The notes beneath the pieces were generated by a model. That model was not told the origin of the DNA. It worked only from the letters and a program-made list of their open reading frames with translations, and did not search any database. A DNA stretch of 64,000 bases from Octopus vulgaris (taxonomy: Eukaryota): NCBI GenBank assembly GCA_951406725.2, contig OX597816.1, positions 14,012,001-14,076,000 of the forward strand. The letters run 5' to 3'. Shown in pieces: positions 12,309 through 24,213 of this stretch. Position numbers and translations under genes: made by a program. Every line of letters begins with the position of its first letter. The first letter of the stretch is position 1.

Positions 12309-12513
12309 TGCAGCATGGAATTTTGTCAGTGAACAGGTCGTGGTTTCAAAGCGATGAAAATATTTTGGCAAATTAAATTTAAATGTTGAAGTGAATCTAA
12401 CGGTTTTTGTGCGTTTCTTAAATGGCTTATAAACACCTTCCACACTGCAATTGTTTTTGTTCCAACACACGATCTCAGATCAGGTCACTTGCTATGCAAG
12501 TACATCTCCATAA
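12309..12513 (+). mobile_element. Penelope-like repeat in (TA)n
   Basis: Homologous to 59797-59965; carries a hammerhead-like motif. Confidence 0.7.
12323..12371 (+). ncRNA. Candidate minimal type I hammerhead ribozyme with a G3-C8 core
   Basis: Stem I ttgtca/tggcaa; core GTGAACA; stem II gtcgt/gcgat; GAA; palindromic stem III AATATT; U at position 17. Confidence 0.5.
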
Positions 12514-12520
12514 TAAATAT

Positions 12521-12572
<52 letters not shown>

Positions 12573-13214
12573 GCAACACACACATACACACATGTATGTA
12601 CGTACACCTATTGCATACATGTTTTTTGTACACGTACATGTTTGTGTGTGTGTGTGTGTGTGTGTTGCCTGTATATCAACAAGACTCATTTTTTCCTCGA
12701 TGGAAAAAAACAACAAAAGTCTTAACAAAAACTTACTCGTTGCTAGAAGGGAACTTAACTCCTGTTTGCAAGCAATGGTGATTTCTCCGACTTGAAAATT
12801 GTTAAAAGTTTTGGTTGAAAATTTAGTTTTACTGCTATTCGCTGGTGCCTCTGGTAAAAATAAGTCGACGAAAATACAGCTTGGGTCATGACGAATGTTC
12901 TAAAATTGGAGCGACATGCATGCTAATTTGTGGATGTGCATAAATTACATTCACGTACACACACACACACATCCTGCCTTTTATACATACAGATGTTCAC
13001 CTGATGTTGATATATTAGCCTATGCTAAATTTCATCTAAATATGTTTGTGCAAGTGTATGCCTGTGCGTATGTATACATACATATATATGTGTGTGTGTG
13101 TGTGTGGAAGTATATATGTATATATATATATGTATGACTGTGTGTGTGTTTGAGTGACTGTGTGTAAATATATATATGTATGTATGTTTGAATGACTGTG
13201 CATAAATACATATA

Positions 13215-13512
13215 TCACCGTGTTCACCATGACCAACCAGGCTATCAGATGTTGCTACACATCGCTGGTCACAATGCGCTTCACATTGTTTTAGCCTTCA
13301 AATGACACCACCCCGCTGGCTAAGCGAGCAGGCCAACAGAAGAAAGAGTGAAAGAAAGTTGTGGCGAAAGAGTACAGCAGGGATCGCCACCACCCGCTAC
13401 CAGAGCCTCGTGGAGCTTTAGGTGTTTTCGCTCAATAAACTCTCACGACGCCCGGTCTGGGAATCGAAACCACGAGTCCGCTGCCCTAACCACTGGGCCA
13501 TTGAGCCTCCAC
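13215..13512 (-). mobile_element. tRNA-derived SINE, head D + tail T4
   Basis: Minus-strand head gtggaggctcaatggcccagtggttaggg; tail ...tgtgaagcgcattgtgaccagcgatgtgtagcaacatctgatagcc. Confidence 0.8.
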
Positions 13513-13535
13513 AAATATATATATATATATATATA

Positions 13536-13567
<32 letters not shown>

Positions 13568-13568
<1 letters not shown>

Positions 13569-13890
13569 CATCATCATCGTTTAACGTCCGCTTTCCATGC
13601 TAGCATAGGTTGGACGATTTGACTGAGGTCTGGCGAACCAGACTTCAATCTTGATCTGGCAGAGTTTCTACAACTGGATGTCCTTCTTAACGCCAACCAC
13701 TCCGAGAGTATAGTGGATGCTTTTACGTACCACCGACACGAGGGCAAGTTAGGTGGTACTGGCAACGCCCTCGCTCAAATGGTGCTTTTTATGTGCCACC
13801 TGCACAGGAGCCAGTCCGGCGGCACTGGCAACGACCTAGCTGGAATGTTTTTTCACGTGACACCAGCACAAGTACTAGTAAGGTGAGACT
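13568..13890 (-). mobile_element. RTE 3' UTR fragment
   Basis: (cat)n-cgtttaacgtccgctttccatgctagc and internal repeats. Confidence 0.85.
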
Positions 13891-14154
13891 GTGTATATGT
13901 TTATTCATCTTTTAGATATGTATTCATATGTAAATTTATGTCAAAGCAGCCGTGTGGTGACATGAGTGTGTGTGTGTATGCACATTTTTTTTTAGAGAAG
14001 GTATTTTGAAAGGTATGTGTCCTATTTCTTACATATTGTGACCTGTGTGTATACAAATGCATGTATGTACACCTGTATTTGTGTTTGTATATGTTCAACT
14101 GTTTATTTATGTGTATGTGCATGTATAGCTATATATATATATATATGTGTATGT

Positions 14155-14350
14155 GTGTGTGTGTGTTTGTCCCCTCAACGTCGCTTGACAACCGAAGCTG
14201 GTGTGTTAACGTCCCCGTAACTTAGCGGTTCGGCAAAAGAGATCGATAGAATAAGTACTAGGCTTACAAAGAATAAGTCCTGGGGTCGATTTGCTCGACT
14301 AAAGGCGGTGCTCCAGCACGGCCACAGTCAGATGACTGAAACAAGTAAAC
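14155..14350 (+). mobile_element. SINE-A 3' half
   Basis: Near-consensus tail sequence. Confidence 0.85.
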
Positions 14351-14893
14351 GAATTGTGTGTGTGTGTTTAAATCATTCTCTATATGTCTTGTATCTGTAC
14401 GGGTCGATAAGTTAGTATTTTCATTTAACCATTAGTGCCTGTGAATGCTAAGCAGCTCAGGTCAGCGTGCGTAATATTAGGCATTAGTTCTATTTCTGTA
14501 TATTTACAAAAAGAGGTATTTATTTACAAGTTAGTCACTCGTAGCTGTGGCGAAGAGAACGTTCTGACTTAAACAGCCAATGTCAAAGAGTGTAGCGAAG
14601 AAATGCTTCTGTGAAATAACGTTTTTTGTATACGTGTGAAGTGACTGACCTACACCCGATGTCAAACAGTGTATGAAGTGTGCTTCAGTGATGTAATATT
14701 TTTTGCATATGTATTTGTGTGCATGTGTATATGTGTGTGTGTTCAGGTAGATTTTGGGTCAAAGTTGTAGCGGTATCTGAAGAGTAGGTTAGCACGGTTG
14801 TTTTGTATGTGTTGAGGCCCTGTTGGCTTCAGAGGTGGGGTTAAGATTAGATGTTAAAGATTTAGTGGAATAAGTACAGTTAATATTTATATT

Positions 14894-15334
14894 AGATCTT
14901 TTCGGTTTGAACGGCAGTTTTTAAAAAATAATTTCCACGTGACTAAACACTTTCAAACTTCGTATACTGGTAGAATGTTTATAAAACATCTTTTTCTCTT
15001 GGCTTTATTGAGAAAATTCTATAGTTTGTAAGATATTTGTTTTTTTTATTTTCTTCAATTTCTGCAATTTCAACCAATCACTGATGTCTATTGAGGTAAA
15101 AAAAACATTGTGTACCGTATGAATATGTCCCTCGTTTAAGAAACAGATTGGGTTTATTTACATTTGTGAAGAAAAAAAGATATCCTTCCCCCCACCCCTA
15201 ACCCTAACCCTAACTAATCCCAACTAACCCTAAAACAGATTGAAATGCAATAGATCGATACTAGGGTTATAATTATGGGTGATAATTTCATATGACACTG
15301 CTAGAAAAAACTGCCGTTCAAACCGAGAAGATCC
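14894..15334. mobile_element. MITE with ~29-bp TIRs, 8-bp TSD and an internal telomere-like repeat
   Basis: agatcttttcggtttgaacggcagttttt / aaaaactgccgttcaaaccgagaagatcc; TSD tttatatt at 14886-14893 and 15335-15342; (ccctaa)n near 15196-15232. Confidence 0.85.
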
Positions 15335-15344
15335 TTTATATTTA

Positions 15345-15729
15345 CTAGCAGTATCGCCCGGCCTTGCTCGGGTTTGTTTCAACACTTTAGAATTGGCATT
15401 TTTGAAAAGTAAAAATTTTGCATTATGTAGCTTGTTATTCTCTTTAAGTGAACATTTTTCTAGTTGAAATACACCGAAAAATGGCGGCACAGCAGTCAAA
15501 GAAATCATAAAAAATAGGGATTTTCATAGAAAAAAAGCACCAAATAATTTTTGGTGTTAACATGGTCCGATTCGAATTTTTCTTTTTATGAAAGGAAGAG
15601 CAAGCCTTCTTCTATCATACTCTCAATTTTGGTCAACTCACAGCGCAGGGTCTTGGAGGTGGTAGTGTTAGTTGAAGGCTACCAAACCTGCCATACACAG
15701 ACAACTTCAGCTCTATACATATATATAGA
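15345..15729 (-). mobile_element. Non-autonomous Helitron
   Basis: Minus strand A|TCtatatat start; hairpin cccgagcaaggccggg then CTAG|T; 3' terminus resembles the one at 12168. Confidence 0.75.
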
Positions 15730-16584
15730 TTGGTTATTGTGAACGAGTTGGCAATAAATGGACATCATGCCAAATTGATTCAGTAGAACTTTTGCATTCA
15801 AAGAATCTATGATTTTCTTTCTTTCAAATCAAAGGGTAATGTCGGTGTAAATAAATATATCTTGGGGTAACTGGTTAAAAGCGTTCCACAACACCTGCCT
15901 TAGAAGATGGGAAAAGGTAGCCAGCAAACTGCTCCAGAAAATCACACCCTGTACCTCTCAAATTCTGCATTTGTTGTTATTTGTATCATTAGTCCACAAG
16001 GTGAGCTGGATGACTGAAAAGTGGGTCATATTAAGCTTTTAGTGGGCCACAGTAACATGCATATTTTTAACTAAAAGTGATCTTTGCCTTGATTGTGAGT
16101 TTTTCGTGATTGCACAAATTTGTCCTCCAAACCTGATATCTTCACCCTTCTTGGTATTTCTAGAATATTTTGTTCATTTTTGTTTTCTGTTGTTTTTTTT
16201 TCTCTTTTTTCTTTCTTTATTTTTCTCAGTGCAACTGGATTAAATTTTTTCCTTTGATGTTCATTGGCATTTTACCTGTTACACCTTGTTGACACTAGAT
16301 GGGCTTGCAGTCAGTAGTAAACAACACTGTCGTGCATCGCTGACTTATATCTCAGTTGGGTCACAATATTGCCATTGGTTACCGGTTTATTAATGGGTCA
16401 GTCTTTTTGTTCAATGCATTTGTTGTGACAATAAAGGCAAGGGAGTGTCTGCTACCTGGAGCAGAACAAATATTTCAAGTAAATTTTTTTTCTTTTTGCA
16501 AAGGACTATTTTGTCTTGTTTTGTCACTGTCTTTTATATCCTCCATTGATGAATGACATACAACATACATGTTTGTGTGTGTGT

Positions 16585-16905
16585 GGGCATGGCTTAGTGG
16601 TTAGGGCATTCAGCTTGTGACTGCGAGGTCATGAGTTTGATTCTTGGCAGCACATTTTGTCCTTGAGCAAGACACTTTATTTCACATTGTTCCAGTCCAC
16701 TTATCTGCCAAAACTGAATAGTAGCTGTAATTCAAAATGACTAGCCATATCATATTCTGTGTCAGGCTGAATCTCCCAGAAAACTACGTTAAGGGTACAT
16801 GTGTCTGTGGTGTACTCATCCACTTCAATATTAAATGTCATGAACAGGCTGTTCCATACATCGCATCAACTGGAACCCTTGTCTTTACAACCAACAGAGT
16901 GCCAG
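16585..16905 (+). mobile_element. tRNA/CORE SINE, head E + tail T3
   Basis: tggcttagtggttaggg; gtccttgagcaagacacttt; aactacgttaagggtac...caactggaaccct...gagtgcca. Confidence 0.8.
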
Positions 16906-16908
16906 TTC

Positions 16909-17076
<168 letters not shown>

Positions 17077-17143
17077 TTGCCATGCTGGACCACTGAAATC
17101 TACAAGTTTTTTTCATTCTCTCTCTGTTTAGTTTCTCTTATTA

Positions 17144-17179
17144 CTTTCTGTTGAAGAGCGTAGGCTCGAAACATAAAGG
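17144..17179 (+). ncRNA. Degenerate Penelope-type hammerhead motif (A6U)
   Basis: cttt-CTGTTGA-a-gagc(gtag)gctc-GAA-acat-a-aagg. Confidence 0.45.
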
Positions 17180-17477
17180 ATTTTTTCATTTTCCCAAGCA
17201 TCAAACTAATACCCATTTTGTTTTTCTATACATTTCAACTATATAGATACACACACACTCATATGTAATTAACCTGGGTAAAAAACCTTGTAGTGTGCTT
17301 CCCAAAACTCCCTTTCAGGTTTCAGCTACCAAGCACTATCATATAGTGGGACTTCTCATATCACTGGACATAAATGCTGAAACCATAAATATCCTTGAAG
17401 TTTGTTCAAAAATATTAACAAGAGAAGACGGATTGAACATGCTTGATTACAATAAAGCATGTACAATCAATCTTTTC

Positions 17478-17676
17478 TTTTACTTGTTTCAGTCATGTGA
17501 CAGTGGCCATGCTGGAGCACCACCTTCAGTCGAGCAAATCGACCCCAGGACTTATTCTTTGTAAGCCTAGTACTTATTCTATCGGTCTTCTATTGCTGAA
17601 CCGCTAAGTTACGGGGACGTAAACACACCAGCATCGGTTGTCAAGCAATGTTGGGGGGACAAACCCAGACACACAA

Positions 17677-17735
<59 letters not shown>

Positions 17736-17900
17736 CGACGGGCTTCTTTCAGTTTCCATCTACCAAATCCACTCACAAGGCTTTGGTCGGCTCAAGGCTA
17801 TAGTAGAAGACACTTGCCCAAGGTGCCACGCAGTGGGACCGAACCTGGAACCATGTGGCTGGTAAGCAAGCTACTTACCACACAGCCATTCCTACACCTA
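17478..17900 (-). mobile_element. SINE-A full length
   Basis: Near-consensus reverse complement with central (CA)n(TA)n. Confidence 0.9.
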
Positions 17901-18037
17901 ACTCTTATCAAATTTCTTGATGTTTATACAAAATGATGAAACGAATATTGATTTTCAAAAGAAAAGTATTTTATCATCTTAAGCTAAAATGAAATAAAGC
18001 AAATTCCTCATTCATGTATTTGTCATAAATATATGTT

Positions 18038-18510
18038 GAAAAAACACCATTTGAGCATGGCCGATGCCAGTGCTGCTTGACTGGCTTCTGTACCAGTAGT
18101 ACATAAACAGCACCATCCAAGCATGGTCAATGCCAGTGCCACCTGACTGATTCCCGTGCTGGTGGCATGTAAAAAACACCATTTGAGTGTGGTCGATGCC
18201 AGTGCCGCTTGACTGGCTCCTGTACTGGCGGCACTTAAAATGCACCATTTGAACATGGTTGTTACCAGTGCTGCCTGACTGGCTCCCATGCTGGTGGCAT
18301 GTTAAAAGCACTATTTGAGCATGGTCAATGCCAGTGCTGCCTGGCCGGCTCCTTTGCCAGTGGCCCATAAAAAGCACCATTTGAGCATGGTCTTGGCCAG
18401 TTCCGCCTGACTGGCCCCCTTGCTGGTGACATAAAAAGTACCCACTACAATCTTGGAGTGATTGGCGTTAGGAAGGCCATCAAGCTATAGTAACTTTGCT
18501 ACCAGATCAC
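18038..18510 (+). repeat. ~66-bp minisatellite (6 units) within an RTE 3' UTR
   Basis: Repeated aaaacaccatttgagcatggtcgatgccagtg...gactggctcc...gctggtggca, followed by ggcgttaggaaggccatc. Confidence 0.85.
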
Positions 18511-18784
18511 ATGATTTCAACCTTCCTTAGTCTCATCAGTGATGGACACTCAACTGCTAGAGATAGCAGCAACTCATCTCCCTGCCAGCGATATAGGAAA
18601 ACAGTACCAGAACAGTCACTGGTGTCAGGATTTGCTAATGAGTTTGTTTGCTAGCAATATCAACAAGAATGCATTTTGCACCAAACACCAATACGAAAGT
18701 TTCTCTCATGGTATCTACCACAATATAGTTTGTTCTAACAGACCATCCACATTTAAGGGAGATAAATATTTCCTCTTCTTTCTT

Positions 18785-19170
18785 CTTTTTTATTTGTTTT
18801 CAGTCATTTGACTGCGGCTATGCTGGAGCACCCCCTTTAGTTGAGACAATCGACCCCAGGACTTATTCTTTGTAAGCCTAGTACTTATTCTATCGGTCTC
18901 TCTTGCTGAACCACTAAGTGACAGGGTACATAAACACACCAGCATAGGTTGTCAAGCAATGTTGGGGGAACAAATACAGACACACAAACATATGCCCACA
19001 CACATATATATATACAATGGGTTTCTTTCAGTTTCCGTCTACCAAATCCACTCACAAGGCTTTGGTTGGCCCAAGGCTATAGTAGAAGACACTTGCCTAA
19101 GGTACTGCGCAGTGAGACTGAACCTGGAACCATGTGGTTTGTAAGCAAGCTATTTACCACTCCTGTGCCT
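18785..19170 (-). mobile_element. SINE-A
   Basis: Reverse complement of the consensus. Confidence 0.9.
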
Positions 19171-19816
19171 CTATAAAATTTTATTGAGATATGTGAGTTT
19201 ATATATATATGAAGGACTTCAGCTTCAGTTCCCATTTTATAAATTCTACTCACAGATCATTGGTCAGGCCAATGCTGGGCAGCAGGGTTGAACCTGGAAT
19301 CACATGTTCATGAAGCGAACTTCTTAATCATACAGCAATGCTTGCAGAAACCCATGCAATCTAACATCGCTATTGCACATGCAAGCTTAGCATTCCCATT
19401 TACTCTGAATAATGTTTGGATTTCTGCATCAGGGTTTAACAGACAAAATCTCAGTCCTGTTAGCTTTCAATTGTTTTCACTAACCTGGCCTGTGTCAATA
19501 TCCTCAATATGTGCACAGTGTGTCTGTCTGGATTCCCTGCAGTGGCTGCATATTATCCTTTCTTCTTGGGACAATGTATTTCCATTGTTTTTAAAATATT
19601 CATGTTCAATGTAAATAATGTTATCATTACATCGAACTGTTTCTCTTTACTCATAGTTTAAACGAGATTATTGCACTTGGCTAATGTTTCTTTTTTTTTT
19701 CTGCACCTATTGATCTCTTATTAAAGTCGCAATGACATCAGTGTTGGCCATTAGACAGCTGTTGGAGGACATTTAAATCTTTTCTCTGAGGTCTCAGTGG
19801 TCTGAGACAAAGTGAA

Positions 19817-20195
19817 CTCTGATCACGGGCAGAAGTATTGGGGGAGCATCATAGCCATGTGTTGAGAGGGATTCTTTGGGGTTTGAATAATTCACCTCTG
19901 GAAACATGGGTGTTTTGTTCATCATCCTTAAACAACCCTTATTCAGGGACCTTTTGAGCAGGATGGGCTAACCAACCTGAAGAAAATTCTAACAGGCCAC
20001 CACCTGCAAGGTCATGTACTGTTTATCTTGATATGAGATCACCATGTAGCGCACATATGGTTGTGGTGCGTGAGCCTGGTGCACCTTTATATGATGGATA
20101 GTCATGATGGGTACACTGGGCTTCGTATATTTTACCCCAATGTCACTTTGATGGCATGCACTGCTCTTTCAATAATAATAATAATAATAATAATG
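19817..20195 (+). mobile_element. Retroelement 3' end with (AAT)n tail (probable LINE 3' UTR)
   Basis: Homologous to 63465-63830 on the minus strand; 5'-truncated; simple-repeat tail. Confidence 0.75.
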
Positions 20196-20411
20196 GTGGT
20201 GAAGATATGCCAATTATTGTTGCCTTTCTGGATTCCATCTAGTAGCTGGATTCCCTGTTGAATTATGTTCCAAACACTTGTTTGATAATGACAGTTATTT
20301 TAATAAATTCTTAATTATTTTCAAAATTAAATCGATCAGAAGAATATTACAATAAAAATATGGTCATCAATCATCCAGTGTATGCTATCAGATTCGTTTC
20401 ATGCTTCTATC

Positions 20412-20923
20412 CGTATCCAGAAAGTTTGGCGCAAACATTTTTGCCGCAGGAAAATTCACCACAGGATTTTTGGCTGTAGGAAGGTTCGCTGCAAGACAGT
20501 TTCACCGAAAAAAATTAATAAATTGCTCCCTTGGGATATAGTTATTTCAACCACCATATCTATTAGATTATTATGGTGAAACTACAGGGGCGGGGTGGGG
20601 GCATAATAAAGCAATCTAAATGATGATGTTTTCAAAAAAAAAATTCTGCTTAAGTAAAAAGTAATGCAATATAAATATGATAACATTTACAAAGAACAAA
20701 AATAAAAAAAAACTATTAAATCTAAAACAGAATTATAAAAAACATATATATCATGTTTGACTGGGGTCTGGGAAGCCATGACCCCGGTCAAACTGATTGC
20801 CTGCCATATCTTCGCAATAATCTACATGGGAAATTTTCCGACGTGGTAAAGTTTCCTGCAGCGAATTTTCGTACAGTGAGTTTTCCTGCAGCAAAAATGT
20901 TTAAGGTGAATGTTCCCAGAACC
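20412..20923. mobile_element. Mutator/Foldback-like MITE
   Basis: Inverted termini built from ~15-bp subrepeats (gcaggaaaattcacc / ttttcctgcagc); imperfect 9-bp TSD gcttctatc / ggttctatt. Confidence 0.6.
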
Positions 20924-20961
20924 GGTTCTATTTACCTGTAACTGTGGAAAAGAACTTATTC

Positions 20962-21093
20962 TTTTTATTTACATTATTTACATTCGACGGATATTTGTCC
21001 TCATCTTGTTTGTTGTTTGTTGAGGACAAATATCCGTCAAATGTAAATAATGTAAATAATGTACATAATTCCTCATCTCTTAAATATAGAACC
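20962..21093. mobile_element. Penelope-like fold-back insertion with 9-bp TSD
   Basis: 39-bp inverted arms 20965-21003 / 21021-21059; aacttattc at 20953-20961 and 21094-21102. Confidence 0.65.
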
Positions 21094-21474
21094 AACTTAT
21101 TCGCTGTTAAACATCTCCTGCGTAAGTGTCTTCAACTGTAGCCTGATCTGACTGAAATTTGAGTGAATTTGATGGAAACTGAAAGAAGCCCATTGTGTGT
21201 GTGTGTGTGTGTGCATGCACATCTGTTGTGTGTATGTATGCATGTGTGTGTCTGTTTGCATCTGTGCTTCATGAAAATTGCTTAAAATGTTGTTGTTGTT
21301 ATTTCTTCTGCAGCAAGTCCTTTGCTTGATTCAAGCCTTCAAAACAAAGTGAAATAAGAGATGTCTTGAAAAACCGATAGGGTTTAGTGACAGGAAGAGC
21401 ATCTAGCTGTGAAGTAATGCTTCAATAATGTATTCATCTAACCCATGCAAGCATGAAAAAAAATGGCAGTCTGT

Positions 21475-21785
21475 CAGTTATGACAGTGAGGGTTCCAGTT
21501 TATCAGATCAATGGAAAACCTTGCTCGTGAAATTGATGTGCAATCAGCTGACCACACTACAGACATGTGTACCCTTATTGCAGTTCTCAGGAAGATTCGG
21601 TATGATACAGAATGTGACAGGTCTGGTCCCTTTGAAATACAGGTACTATTTTATTTTGCCAGGTGAGTAGACTGGAGCAACATGAAATAAAGTGTCTTGC
21701 TCAAGGACTCAATATGCCGCCGGGAATTGAGCTCACGACCTTACAGTCATGAGCCGAATGCCCTAACCACTAAGCCATGTGCTTT
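21475..21785 (-). mobile_element. SINE head E + tail T3
   Basis: ccctaaccactaagccatgtgc head; aaagtgtcttgctcaagga CORE-like; gagggttccagtt tail. Confidence 0.75.
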
Positions 21786-21824
21786 TACTCAGCGTAGAAG
21801 AACAGACAGAAAATGAACAAATGT

Positions 21825-22241
21825 AAGGCAGTGAGCTGCCAGAAACGTTAGCATGCTGGGTGAAATACTTTGTGGTATTTTGTCTGCCGCTGTGTTCTGA
21901 GTTCAAATTCCAGCGAGGTCGACTTTGCCTTTGATCCTTTAGGGGTCGATTAAATAAATACTAGTTAAACACTGGGGTCAATATAATCAACTTAATCCGT
22001 TTGTCTGTCCTTGTTTGTCCCCTCTTTGTATAGCCCCTTGTGGGCAGTAAAGAAATAGGTATTTCATCTGCTGCTAGGTTCTGAGTTCAAATTCCGTTGA
22101 GGTCAACTTTACCTTTCATCCTTTCAGGGTCGATAAATTAAGTACCAATTACGCACTGGGATCGATCTAATCGACTTAATCCGGTTGTCTGTCCTTGTTT
22201 GTCCCCTCTATGTTTAGCCTCTTGTGGGCAATAAAGAAATA
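21825..22241 (+). mobile_element. SINE-B dimer with TSD
   Basis: Two units; agaaaatgaacaaa on both sides. Confidence 0.85.
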
Positions 22242-23235
22242 AGAAAATGAACAAACGAAAGTGTGTGTGTGTGCATGTGTATATGTGCATGTGTCTGTGT
22301 AAGAAAGGCTTCAGTATAGTTCTCTGCAGTATTAAATTCCCATATATGTTGGATATTTGTTTCATATTCTTTAAAATTCTTTAAAATTCCCCATTTCATT
22401 CCATTCTAATCTCTCATGCCTGGGAAACGTTAGTCTAAGAAATGTCATTATAAATATGCAAACAAAACTTTACTTGTGTATAAATTATTTCGGTCAGAAA
22501 ATTATGGAACAATCGCTCACAAAATATTATTGATCTTGCAGACATTTTCTTCCTGCTGTATACTAAATATTGATTTGTACCAAATTCTTTTAAATATTGT
22601 TTCATATATATATATATATATATTAACAAGGATTTTGTATTTTTTTTCTTTGCAAAAATAATTCTGCCGGCATTATCCTCATGTTTGTCTTATATTGTTT
22701 CTACCGTATTCCATATTAACCCCCATTCTTCGACTAGAATATTCTCTGCCGATCTCCGATCTGTCTGTCATTTCAGAACTACGAGTATTTCCTCCCCCCC
22801 ACAGCCACTGCCACCGCCACCCACGCCCCTACCCCCTATCCTGCCCAGAGATCGATCTGTTCCAGTTCACGTGTTTGCGATACTTCTTTAGTAAAAGCAA
22901 TCGCTCTCTCTGTTTTCTCAGAGTTGTATTATGTTTTTCTGTTACCGATGTTCTTAACAATCAATCTCTCCCACGCACTTGCTGAACATATATACACACA
23001 CACACATATATATACATATATACACACACATATGCCATACTCTTATAGATATTTAACTGTGTCTGTGTGTGTAGGTGGGCATTCCACTTCACATGTTATC
23101 ATACTTCGCTAGTAAAAGCAACCTCTTAGAATCATAGTATTTTTATTTATCCCACACACACATTGATAAGTGCGAGTGCACGAAACTCTCAGTCGCTGAG
23201 GCACTCTGTCGCTTCTTCAAAATATTAATAAATTG

Positions 23236-23353
23236 TATCATTTTCATCATCAATATCATATATATATATATCATCATCATCATATATATCATCATCATCA
23301 TATATATCATCATCATCATATATATATATCATCATCATCATATATATATATAT

Positions 23354-23388
<35 letters not shown>

Positions 23389-23625
23389 ATATCTATATCA
23401 TCATATATATATATATATATATATATCATCGTCTATATATATATATCATTGAATATATATATATCATTGTATATATATATATCATTGTATATATATATAT
23501 CATCGTATATATATATATCATGTATATATATATCATGTATATATATCATCATATATATATATGTCATCATGTATATATATATCATCATGTATATATATAT
23601 CATCATGTATATATATCATCATATA
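23236..23625. repeat. Composite (CAT)n/(AT)n low-complexity satellite
   Basis: Repeated atcatcatcatatatat variants. Confidence 0.9.
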
Positions 23626-24171
23626 AATGTATCTGTACATCCATGTTTGCATATAAATGTATGTATGTGTACATATACACAGACGTGTGTGTGTGATTGT
23701 GTGTGTTTTAATCTGTACTATTTCCTAATTATCATCATACTCTTTTTTTTTTTTCTCTTTCCTTCATCATTATTACCACCATTATCCTCTTCAGATGTTG
23801 CAATGGTTGCTAAAAGCCTCTCAGCAAATTGATAATAGGTGTATTCCTGCACGTATGCCATGTGTTGCAGGCGGTGCTGCTGTACATCTTCATTGGTGCA
23901 CACACACACTTGCAAAACAGCCTCTTAAACGTTCCTTTGCAGCTGCAGATTTCGTTAGTTCCTACCATCCCCCTCTGCATTCTTTATGCTTTCCCTCTCT
24001 CCTGGCTTTCTTGTGGAAGCACAAAGCAGTATAGCTTCTCTCACAAAGGTTCAATCTATCTCTGACCCTGCTACATACCAACACCTTTCGCTTATTGTTT
24101 TTAACCTCTTAGATGTAATGGGGACTGCTGTATACAGACAACTCTTTATTTTATGTATGTATGTATGTACA

Positions 24172-24213
<42 letters not shown>

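Larger units (their letters stand above)
12168..12993 (-). mobile_element. Non-autonomous Helitron with nested repeats
   Basis: Minus strand starts A|TC at 12993 and ends with a GC-rich hairpin (12180-12195) then CTAG|T at 12168; no TSD. Confidence 0.65.

Noticed and set aside
15196-15232. True telomere or chromosome-fusion relic
   Set aside because: Only a few units, located inside a TIR/TSD-bounded MITE
16200-16480. Plus-strand exon after the ttttctcag acceptor
   Set aside because: Stops in all frames and a weak donor; pyrimidine-AG motifs are common in this composition
18038-18430. CRISPR-like regular array
   Set aside because: Whole units are homologous with no unique spacers, the context is eukaryotic, there are no cas genes, and it lies within an RTE 3' UTR
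23233-23832. 199-aa His/Ile/Tyr ORF
   Set aside because: Low-complexity CAT/AT satellite
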